From: an uncultured Gammaproteobacteria bacterium
GTDB lineage: Bacteria; Patescibacteriota; Microgenomatia; UBA10105; UBA927
NCBI GenBank assembly: GCA_964629685.1
Contig: CAZVTT010000001.1
Span: 769,319 to 833,318 of the forward strand
Length of the DNA: 64,000 nt
Direction: 5' to 3'
The notes below the pieces were generated by a model. The model was not told the origin of the DNA and ran no database searches. It saw nothing but the letters and a program-made list of their open reading frames with translations. A program made the position numbers and the translations under genes. Numbering within the stretch: the stretch's first letter is position 1; each line of letters opens with the position of its first letter. Below, piece after piece: positions 55,611-63,598 of the stretch.

Positions 55611-56709
55611 ACACAATCAACTTCCGGACGAGCGTGTGATTCACGCATATGATGGTGTGCGTAAGTCAATCTTTCTGACGAAAGCAGATTATGCTATTGA
55701 ACGCGATTCTCCGAAGTTCCCCGACATCAGCAAGCAGTTGGAACAAATTCTGATTAAATATACTGGTGCAAATGTACACGTAACCTCTGTAACCGTAGAG
55801 CCTCTGGGTACGTTTCATACGATTTATCGAGTTACTACACCGAATGAACGCTACGTCGTAAAGCTCAATGCGTTTCCCGATCAGTACCGGGAGCTGTCTT
55901 TCTTGTTGGAACATTGGGTAAATATTCAGTTGGAGCAAGCAGGAATAGTATATTGTCCTACCATTGCAACAGATGTTTCCAGATCGTTTATTAATACGGA
56001 TATTCTCGTTCAGCGTCTGATTCCGGGAGATACATTGTATAGTCTTGCGGCCGGAAAAGAATTACCACCGATCCTGTTGGCTGATGTCGGGTCACATATC
56101 GCCAAGGTACACAGGTTAAAATGTAAAGGCTTCGGTCAAATTTCTTTGCAGAGCCTTCTTGCAGAAGGTGTTGCACGGGGTCAGATGAATTCCTGGTTTG
56201 AGTACTTAGATACACGGTTTAGTGATCATATACAATTCTGTATTCATCAACAGATATTGAATGCAGATAGTTTATCAATCCTGCAATCTCTCAGCCAAAC
56301 CGTAAAACGGAAAATATCCGTCAGGCAAGGGTGTTTACTTCACGGAGATGTTGCAAACCACAATATTATTGCGGATGGTAATCATGTTTCGGCGGTTTTG
56401 GATTGGGAAGATGCAGTTATTGGCGATAGTCTATACGATGTCGCATACTGGGGAACTGCTTCGTTCGGTCACGATGGCTGGATTAAAGAATTCCACACTG
56501 GATACAATGCAATTACTCCCTTTTCAGCAACGGATAATCTGGCGTATTGGTTTTATTTTTTTCGGATATCACTCGCCAAAGCCGTCATCAGACATAAAGA
56601 ACAAAAAGATAGATCACTAACAATTGCCAGGTTAAAGCATAGTCTTTCCGTTCTCGATGGACTTCTTTATAATAGCCGAGTATTATCAGCATGTCTGAGT
56701 ACCGTATGA
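55597..56709 (+). CDS. APH/choline-kinase-family small-molecule kinase (phosphotransferase enzyme family)
   Basis: HGDVANHNIIADGNHVSAVLDWEDAVIGDSLYDVA contains Brenner's motif HGDxxxxN plus the DWE motif. An N-terminal nucleotide-binding lobe is present. Confidence 0.7.
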   Translation: MIIFKHNQLPDERVIHAYDGVRKSIFLTKADYAIERDSPKFPDISKQLEQILIKYTGANVHVTSVTVEPLGTFHTIYRVTTPNERYVVKLNAFPDQYRELSFLLEHWVNIQLEQAGIVYCPTIATDVSRSFINTDILVQRLIPGDTLYSLAAGKELPPILLADVGSHIAKVHRLKCKGFGQISLQSLLAEGVARGQMNSWFEYLDTRFSDHIQFCIHQQILNADSLSILQSLSQTVKRKISVRQGCLLHGDVANHNIIADGNHVSAVLDWEDAVIGDSLYDVAYWGTASFGHDGWIKEFHTGYNAITPFSATDNLAYWFYFFRISLAKAVIRHKEQKDRSLTIARLKHSLSVLDGLLYNSRVLSACLSTV

Positions 56710-57677
56710 AACATAAAACTATTCTGATTACCGGTGGGTTGGGATTTATCGGAACTAACGTTATCCGTAGACTGCTTGCTAATACTCCCGATGATATCCT
56801 GATTTTTGATAAAATTACCTATGCCGGACGTGTTGATAATCTTCCTCAAGATAAAAAAACCCGGTCCAGAATACATTTCTATAAAGGGGATATAACCAAA
56901 AAAAGAAGTGTGTTTGCTGCCGTAAAGGAAGCGGATATCGTTGTTCATTTGGCCGCTGATACGCATACGTTCAGATCCTTAACGTATGCAGTCCCCACGG
57001 TTCTTACGAACGTATTGGGAACCGCGTTGTTACTCGAAGCGTCCAGAAAACATCCGGTGGAACGATTTATTCAAATATCCAGTTCCGAAGTATACGGTAA
57101 CTCTCTTCCTGATGTAGAGATGGATGAAAATCATCCGCTTAACCCGGTAAGTCCGTATGCCGCATCTAAGCTGGCAGCCGACCGACTGGCATATTCATTT
57201 TATCAGTCGCAGGGTGTGCCGACTACGGTATTACGTTTTTTTAATGCGTACGGTCCGTATCAGTTCCCGGAAAAAATGGTTCCGTTATTTATTACCCGTT
57301 TATTAAAAAAGCAACCGATTTCCCTAAATCACGGAGGTCGTCAGGTAAGGGACTGGGTTTTTGTGGAAGATCATGCAAAAGCCATTGAAACAATTATTAC
57401 GTCTCCTGCAGATTTAGTTGTAGGTGAAGTTTTTAACATAGGTACCGGTACTGCCACATCCATTCGCGAAGTTGCAGAATTAATTTGCCGTCAGTTAAAC
57501 TTAGGCAATGAATATATACGGATTGCCGAATCATCAAAAGTGGAAACAATGGGCAACGTGGGAATTTCGCGTAAGGTAAAACAGAAACTGGGTTGGGGTC
57601 CGCAAACGTCCCTTACGGAAGGGTTAAACCGAACTATTGATTGGTATAAAGAAAATCAGTCTTGGTGGGACAGGTAG
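56706..57677 (+). CDS. NDP-hexose 4,6-dehydratase (RmlB-like SDR)
   Basis: ATG 56706 overlaps the upstream TGA. ILITGGLGFIGTNVIRRLL; IFDKITYAGRVDNL is the RmlB-type DKLTYAGN motif; YAASKLAADRLA is YxxxK. Confidence 0.7.
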   Translation: MKHKTILITGGLGFIGTNVIRRLLANTPDDILIFDKITYAGRVDNLPQDKKTRSRIHFYKGDITKKRSVFAAVKEADIVVHLAADTHTFRSLTYAVPTVLTNVLGTALLLEASRKHPVERFIQISSSEVYGNSLPDVEMDENHPLNPVSPYAASKLAADRLAYSFYQSQGVPTTVLRFFNAYGPYQFPEKMVPLFITRLLKKQPISLNHGGRQVRDWVFVEDHAKAIETIITSPADLVVGEVFNIGTGTATSIREVAELICRQLNLGNEYIRIAESSKVETMGNVGISRKVKQKLGWGPQTSLTEGLNRTIDWYKENQSWWDR

Positions 57678-57678
57678 T

Positions 57679-58608
57679 ATGAGTCGTAAGCGTGTCGTGA
57701 TTACCGGTGGAGCTGGTTTTGTAGGTGCAAACCTTGCACGGAAGCTTCTGAAGAAATACGATGTTCATCTTATTACCCGCGAAAAAAGTAACTTGTGGCG
57801 ACTTACGGATATTTTAAACAATGTTACCATCCATCCCATCGGACTACATAATATTGACGCATTAGAACAGTTTTTTTTACGGATAAAGCCGGAGTATATT
57901 CTGCATACTGCTACATATGGCGCATATCCGTCGCAACAGAATACGGATGAATTATTTGAAGTAAATATTAAAGGAGTGTTAAACCTACTCACCGCATTGT
58001 CCGATATATCCTATTCCCGGTGTATTATTTTCGGTAGTTCATCCGAATACGGTAAGAAAGAAAAGCCGATGCGTGAAACGGATATTCTTGATCCTAATAA
58101 TATGTACGCCGTAACAAAAGCAACACAAACGCATCTGGCCCGGTACTATGCGCAGGTACATCAAAAGCCCATTACTATATTCAGATTATTTAATGTGTAT
58201 GGACCATACGAAGAAAAGGGGAGGTTAGTACGGAATGTCATAGAAGCGTCCCTAACCGGGGACACAGTCGCGCTAGCGACAGGAAAAGAGGCGCGTGATT
58301 TTATTTATGTTGACGATATTGCTAATGCTTGTGAAATGGCATTTACCTCTACACTATCTCCCGGGGAAATATTTAATATCGGTACGGGAGTACAAACGTC
58401 TATATATCAATTGGCAAAATTGGTGGTTAAATTGACCAGGAGTAAAAGCGTTATTGAACGGGGAGTATATCCGGGCAGACCGTGGGATTCATTTCATTGG
58501 AAAGCAGTTACAAAGAAAACGGATACTATCTTGCATTGGCAGAGTTCTACTGCTCTTGCAGCCGGCTTAACAAAAACTATTACCTGGTATAAAAAAAATC
58601 ATGAATAA
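57679..58608 (+). CDS. NAD-dependent epimerase/dehydratase or reductase (SDR)
   Basis: MSRKRVVITGGAGFVGANLARKLL; YAVTKATQTHLARYY (YxxxK). The track ORF begins at 57637; ATG 57679 is preferred because it directly follows the upstream stop. Confidence 0.7.
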   Translation: MSRKRVVITGGAGFVGANLARKLLKKYDVHLITREKSNLWRLTDILNNVTIHPIGLHNIDALEQFFLRIKPEYILHTATYGAYPSQQNTDELFEVNIKGVLNLLTALSDISYSRCIIFGSSSEYGKKEKPMRETDILDPNNMYAVTKATQTHLARYYAQVHQKPITIFRLFNVYGPYEEKGRLVRNVIEASLTGDTVALATGKEARDFIYVDDIANACEMAFTSTLSPGEIFNIGTGVQTSIYQLAKLVVKLTRSKSVIERGVYPGRPWDSFHWKAVTKKTDTILHWQSSTALAAGLTKTITWYKKNHE

Positions 58609-59428
58609 ACTCACTAAAACCGAACGGAATAAACTTCAGGAAGCATCATATTCAGTAAAAGAAGGAATTTTAGATATTTCATATCGTGCCAAAACCGGTC
58701 ATATAGGATCTGCTCTTTCTATAGCTGACTTGGTTGCTGTACTTTATGAGTCGTCGTTGCATATATCTCGCGCAATACTGAATTCTAATAAACGGGATAG
58801 ATTTATTTTAAGTAAAGGTCATGCAGCCGCAGCACTTTATGCTGCACTCTATTACAAGAAAATATTATCCAAAAAGGAATTCATGTCTTTCGGACATGAG
58901 GAGGGTGGTCTATGTGAGCATCCGGAAATTCATGATTCCGGCGTGGAGATGTCGGCCGGTTCGTTAGGACATGGCCTGAGTTTTGCCACGGGAATTGCTC
59001 TGGGGATGAAACGGCAGCGGATAAAGAATACTGTGTATGTATTAATTAGTGACGGCGAATGTGGAGAAGGTTCTATCTGGGAGGCAGCGCAACTTGCAGC
59101 AACGTTAAAACTGGATAATTTAGTCGTAATAGTGGATTTTAATAATTGGCAATGTTTCGGCCGTTCTACGGAAATATTGGCTCTCGAGCCGTTTCAACAG
59201 AAATGGGAAGCTTTCGGTTTTGCCGCCAGAACGATAAATGGACACGATATTGACGAAATAGTCGGCGCGTATAGATCAGTTCCATTCCGGAAAAACAAAC
59301 CGAGCGTTGTGATTGCCAAAACTATAATTGGTAAGGGAATAAGTTTATTTGAGGATCAGATAAGTGCGCACTACAAAGTGTTTACCGAAGAAGAGTATAT
59401 GCAGGCAAAACTGGAGATACAATTATGA
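58601..59428 (+). CDS. Transketolase, N-terminal (ThDP/PP-binding) subunit of a split transketolase
   Basis: KTGHIGSALSIADLVAVLY...ILSKGHAAAALYAALY and GSLGHGLSFATGIALG...LISDGECGEGSIWEA carry the ThDP-binding GDG-type motif. Confidence 0.85.
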   Translation: MNKLTKTERNKLQEASYSVKEGILDISYRAKTGHIGSALSIADLVAVLYESSLHISRAILNSNKRDRFILSKGHAAAALYAALYYKKILSKKEFMSFGHEEGGLCEHPEIHDSGVEMSAGSLGHGLSFATGIALGMKRQRIKNTVYVLISDGECGEGSIWEAAQLAATLKLDNLVVIVDFNNWQCFGRSTEILALEPFQQKWEAFGFAARTINGHDIDEIVGAYRSVPFRKNKPSVVIAKTIIGKGISLFEDQISAHYKVFTEEEYMQAKLEIQL

Positions 59429-60345
59429 GAAGTGCATTTATAAGAGGTCTTCTGGAAGCGGCAAAAACGGACAAATCAATATTCTTGTTAACTGGAGATT
59501 TAGGGTACAGATTTCTTGAACCATTCAGGGACGCGTACCCTGACCGTTTTCTAAACGTCGGCGTGGCTGAAGCAAACTTAGTAACGGCGGCTGCCGGTCT
59601 GGCTACTGCCGGATATACTCCGGTAATATATTCTATCGCCACCTTTATGACTATGCGGCCTTATGAACAAATACGTGATGATATCGTGTTACAACATTTA
59701 AACGTTAAGCTGGTCGGTATCGGGGGAGGTTTGGCATACGCCATGGCAGGTCCAACACACCATTCTCTGGAAGATATTTCCCTGATGAGAACACTTGCGT
59801 CGATGGCCATTATTGTTCCTACTGAACCCACTGAGGCGTATAAAGCCACAAAAGAGATGGTGTTGCAAAAGGGTCCGGTGTATCTCAGATTGGAAAGAAA
59901 TCCGGAGCAGGTCGTTACTGCAACTTCACGGTTTACTCTCGGTAAAGCGAACCAAATTAACAGCGGTAAGTCCGTATGTCTTATGTTTACCGGTACTAAA
60001 CGGTTACTGTCTGAACGTATCGCCGCTATTTTATATGAAAAAAAGGGAATAGAACCGACAATAGTCGCGTTCCCTACAGTCCGACCGCTTGATAAAAAAC
60101 TGGTACTCGGGATGGCGAAATCTCATCAACTGCTGGTTACGATTGAAGAACATCTCCCGTCGGGTGGGTTTGGTTCTGAAGTTCTGGAAACTATTTCGGA
60201 TTCGATACCTCCCGGAAAATTACGGGTTATCCGTATGGGTATTCCAGGTCATTCTCATCGGTCGGCTGGGTACCATACGTTATGTTCTCAGGCAGGATTT
60301 ACGCCTGAAGCTATTGCTAAACGGATCTGTTTATACCTCCCGTAG
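59425..60345 (+). CDS. Transketolase, C-terminal (Pyr and C-terminal domain) subunit of a split transketolase
   Basis: FLLTGDLGYRF...FLNVGVAEANLVTAAAGLATAGYTPVIYSIATFMTMRPYEQIR; ATGA overlap with the N-terminal subunit gene. Confidence 0.85.
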   Translation: MRSAFIRGLLEAAKTDKSIFLLTGDLGYRFLEPFRDAYPDRFLNVGVAEANLVTAAAGLATAGYTPVIYSIATFMTMRPYEQIRDDIVLQHLNVKLVGIGGGLAYAMAGPTHHSLEDISLMRTLASMAIIVPTEPTEAYKATKEMVLQKGPVYLRLERNPEQVVTATSRFTLGKANQINSGKSVCLMFTGTKRLLSERIAAILYEKKGIEPTIVAFPTVRPLDKKLVLGMAKSHQLLVTIEEHLPSGGFGSEVLETISDSIPPGKLRVIRMGIPGHSHRSAGYHTLCSQAGFTPEAIAKRICLYLP

Positions 60346-60417
60346 TAGTCAGTTTTTCGCTTTGGGTTCTCACAGAGCATTTTCTGCGGTAGAATGTCAC
60401 TAGTCCCACGCGTATAT

Positions 60418-60978
60418 ATGAAAATTGCCATAGATATTAGTCAGGTCTGTTATGAAGGTACAGGAGTTGCTCGGTATATATCGCAATTGGTACCGGCTTT
60501 ACTGCATGTACACTCTGCTCATACATTCGTGCTTTTTGGCTCATCGTTTCGGCAACGTGAGCGCCTTAAGCGTTTTGTAGAACCATTGTGTGCAGATAAT
60601 CCCCGCGTCAGTTCGGTAATATTGCCTTTCCCACCGGCATTCTGGGACGTTTTATGGAATAGATTGCATCTGGTTCCGATTGAGTGGATTATAGGGAACA
60701 TAGATGTATTTTGGAGTAGTGACTGGACGCAGCCTCCGGTTTCAACCGCGGTTGCGGTAACGACTATTCATGATATTTCCATACTCCGGAATCCCGAAAC
60801 GTTCTCGGAGCACATCAGAGAAGTACATACCCGTAAATTAGCAAGGTCTGTGGCAAAATGTAAGGCTTTTTTTTGTGACTCGGAGGCGACGAAAAAAGAC
60901 GTACATCAGACTCTCCGTATACCACTTGAACAGTTATATGTGATATACCCAGGATTGCACCAGGGGGCAAACCTATGA
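60418..60978 (+). CDS. GT4 N-terminal-domain-only protein (truncated paralog; possible pseudogene or split GT-B half)
   Basis: MKIAIDISQVCYEGTGVARYISQL... aligns with the N-termini of 22155 and 60975 but stops after ...YVIYPGLHQGANL, the domain boundary. No C-terminal EGFGLP domain. The stop overlaps the next ATG. Confidence 0.5.
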   Translation: MKIAIDISQVCYEGTGVARYISQLVPALLHVHSAHTFVLFGSSFRQRERLKRFVEPLCADNPRVSSVILPFPPAFWDVLWNRLHLVPIEWIIGNIDVFWSSDWTQPPVSTAVAVTTIHDISILRNPETFSEHIREVHTRKLARSVAKCKAFFCDSEATKKDVHQTLRIPLEQLYVIYPGLHQGANL

Positions 60979-62117
60979 TATTGGCAATCGACGGATATGA
61001 AGCAAATAGTGGTCATAGGGTAGGCGTCGGTGAATACGCCTATCAATTGCTATGTCAGATGCATAGTCTTATCGGGCAAATGCCACCGGGTAAAAGACAT
61101 ACCGTCCGGGTGTACTTACCTCAAAAACCCAGATCGGATATGCCTAAGAAAACCGGTTGGTGGCAATACCGTGTGAGAAAACCTGGTCGGTTATGGACGC
61201 TTTTTGCATTGCCGATCTCATTATGGCTTGATCATCCCAGAGCCGATGTGATTTTTTCGCCTACACACTACGTACCCAGATTCACCGCTATCCCCCGGGC
61301 AATGGCGATTATGGATTTGTCGTATTTGGAATACCCATCACTCTTCAGGGCCAAAGACTTACATAAATTAGTTCATTGGACTGCCTATTCAGTAAAAAAT
61401 GCGAAAAAGATTTTTACCATTAGCGAGTTTAGTAAGAATGCTATAATGAAGACGTACGGGCTATCAGGACGGGAAGTTATAGTAACATATCCCGGGTTAA
61501 TTATGACGAAAAAGAATAAAAAAGCTGATACCGGAGTTGAACTGCAGCAGAAATATAACTTAGGTTCACGATATATTCTTTCCGTTGGGACGCTCCAGCC
61601 CAGGAAGAATTATGTCCGACTCATTGAAGCATTTTCGTTGTTACAACAGAAATCAGATACTGCAGATTTGCAATTGGTAATTGCAGGGAAGAAGGGTTGG
61701 TTGTTTGAAGAAATTCTCGCTGCTCCCCGGAAATACGGTGTAGAATCAAAAGTTATTTTTTTGGATTATGTCCCTGATAAAGATTTGCCCTCATTGTATG
61801 AACATGCTATCTGTTTCGCGTTACCGAGTCTGTATGAAGGGTTCGGATTACCGGTTCTCGAAGCTATGGCTAACGGGTGCCAAGTGGTCGTAAGTAATGT
61901 ATCCAGCCTTCCGGAAATCGCAGGAGATGCAGGCATTTACTGTGAGCCTGAGGATGTCGCGAGTATCACTACAGGATTAAGCAAGGCGGTAAAAGACTTC
62001 GGTTCGGCGAAAGCAAAGGAGCGAATTAGTTGGGGAAAAGATAGGGTAAAATTATTTAATTGGAATGATGCTGCGGAGAAAACACTCGCAGTGCTCGAAC
62101 AAATAGTAAAAAAGTAA
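60975..62117 (+). CDS. Glycosyltransferase family 4 (full length)
   Basis: N-domain MILAIDGYEANSGHRVGVGEYAYQLL...VTYPGL. C-domain YILSVGTLQPRKNY...EGFGLPVLEAMANGCQVVVSNVSSLPEIAG. Confidence 0.75.
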   Translation: MILAIDGYEANSGHRVGVGEYAYQLLCQMHSLIGQMPPGKRHTVRVYLPQKPRSDMPKKTGWWQYRVRKPGRLWTLFALPISLWLDHPRADVIFSPTHYVPRFTAIPRAMAIMDLSYLEYPSLFRAKDLHKLVHWTAYSVKNAKKIFTISEFSKNAIMKTYGLSGREVIVTYPGLIMTKKNKKADTGVELQQKYNLGSRYILSVGTLQPRKNYVRLIEAFSLLQQKSDTADLQLVIAGKKGWLFEEILAAPRKYGVESKVIFLDYVPDKDLPSLYEHAICFALPSLYEGFGLPVLEAMANGCQVVVSNVSSLPEIAGDAGIYCEPEDVASITTGLSKAVKDFGSAKAKERISWGKDRVKLFNWNDAAEKTLAVLEQIVKK

Positions 62118-62119
62118 CT

Positions 62120-62719
62120 ATGAGATTTTTTATTGATTTTTGGGTTTATCTGTGCACGCTTGCCGGAAATATCCCCAGTCATACGGTTCGTTTATTTTTG
62201 TATAGACATTTTTTTAGGATTAAGATTGGCAAAGACACTTCAATTCATTGGTTAGCCCGATTTAATTTACCCTCAGGAATTGAAATAGGTAAGAATACTA
62301 TTATAGGGAATGATGCATTTTTAGATGGAAGATTTTTTCGTACGTGGAACCATACCGGTTCTAAATTGGCGGTTTACGTTTCTGATTTTATTAACCCAAA
62401 ATATAGGCCATTGCGAATAGGGAATAACGTTTCTATTGCCGGCGAGGTCCGTATTTTTACCATGGAGCATGATATCGATAGTCCGGATTTTACGGAAAAA
62501 GCCGGAGAAGTGGTAATAGACGATTATGTCGTAATCGGGACTAGGGTTACAATCCTACCCGGGGTGCGTATAGGTAAAGGTGCCGTAATAGCTTCTGGTG
62601 CGGTTGTAACAAAAGACGTGGAACCCTTTACGGTAGTCGGTGGCGTACCGGCAAAATTTATTAGAAATCGGGAGAAAGACGTACGGTATACGCTTAAATT
62701 TGCCCGACTATTTCAGTAG
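62120..62719 (+). CDS. Hexapeptide-repeat acetyltransferase (maltose/galactoside O-acetyltransferase-like)
   Basis: IGKNTIIGNDAFLDG...IGNNVSIAGEVRIFTMEHD...VVIGTRVTILPGVRIGKGAVIASGAVVTKDVEPFTVVGGVPAKFIRNR. Confidence 0.7.
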   Translation: MRFFIDFWVYLCTLAGNIPSHTVRLFLYRHFFRIKIGKDTSIHWLARFNLPSGIEIGKNTIIGNDAFLDGRFFRTWNHTGSKLAVYVSDFINPKYRPLRIGNNVSIAGEVRIFTMEHDIDSPDFTEKAGEVVIDDYVVIGTRVTILPGVRIGKGAVIASGAVVTKDVEPFTVVGGVPAKFIRNREKDVRYTLKFARLFQ

Positions 62720-62728
62720 TGCTACGGA

Positions 62729-63598
62729 ATGCAACTTTCGATTATCATACCAAGCTATAACACTCTTAGCCTCCTAAAACGGTGTATAGCCTCCGTTTCT
62801 AAAAGTTTACAAGATCAGGGGATTTCGTATGAAGTCCTGGTGGTCGATAATAATTCTTCTGATGGTTCTGCCGCTTGGCTTAAGAACAGCGGTTATCCTG
62901 AAGTTACAGCTATACTAAATGCTGAGAACGTCGGGTATGGAAAAGCCAATAATCAGGCTTTTCGTCACGCTAAAGGTGAATATATTCTGCTTCTCAATTC
63001 CGATATCTTAGTGCTGGATAATGCAATCCCGCGTTTAGTGGCATTTGCCCGTTCACATCCCCATGCATTTATTGGGGGTAAATTATTAAATGAAGACAAG
63101 TCTCCGCAGGCATCGTGCGGGCCGATGTATACGCTTCCGGTGGTGTTTTTGATGCTGTTCTTTAAAGGTGATAGACTGGGAATCACCCGGAGTTCACCCA
63201 CGACTATACAGTCAGCCGATTGGGTTTCCGGAGCCTGTATTATAGGCAAACGGGATAATTTCCAGCAGGTTGGTCTTTTTGATGAAGGTATATTCATGTA
63301 CATGGAAGAGATAGACTTTCTTTACCGGGCAAAGCAGAAAGGATATACTATACTGTTCTATCCGGAAGCTGTGTTTATTCATACCGGTGCTGCCAGTAGC
63401 GGAAATGCGAGGGCTCCGGTTGCCAATATTTATAAAGGCTTAGTCTATTTTTACGGAAAACACTATCCTGCATATGCAGGTTTTCTATTACACGTAATGT
63501 TACGAGTAAAAGCCCGGATAGCGATTGCGGTTTCGTATTTTACCGGAGATGAGCATCTTCGGTCTATTTATGAAAAAGGTTTATCACTGGTTGCGTGA
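62729..63598 (+). CDS. Glycosyltransferase family 2 (rhamnosyltransferase-like)
   Basis: LSIIIPSYNTLSLLKRCIASV...VLVVDNNSSDGSAAWL...ILLLNSDILV. Confidence 0.75.
   Translation: MQLSIIIPSYNTLSLLKRCIASVSKSLQDQGISYEVLVVDNNSSDGSAAWLKNSGYPEVTAILNAENVGYGKANNQAFRHAKGEYILLLNSDILVLDNAIPRLVAFARSHPHAFIGGKLLNEDKSPQASCGPMYTLPVVFLMLFFKGDRLGITRSSPTTIQSADWVSGACIIGKRDNFQQVGLFDEGIFMYMEEIDFLYRAKQKGYTILFYPEAVFIHTGAASSGNARAPVANIYKGLVYFYGKHYPAYAGFLLHVMLRVKARIAIAVSYFTGDEHLRSIYEKGLSLVA

Noticed and set aside
60394-62117. Possibility that 60394-60978 and 60975-62117 are one GT4 gene split by a frameshift
   Set aside because: The downstream ORF contains its own complete GT4 N-terminal domain (MILAIDGYEANSGHRVGVGEY...VTYPGL) as well as the C-domain. 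The upstream ORF is therefore an additional, truncated copy and not the missing half.
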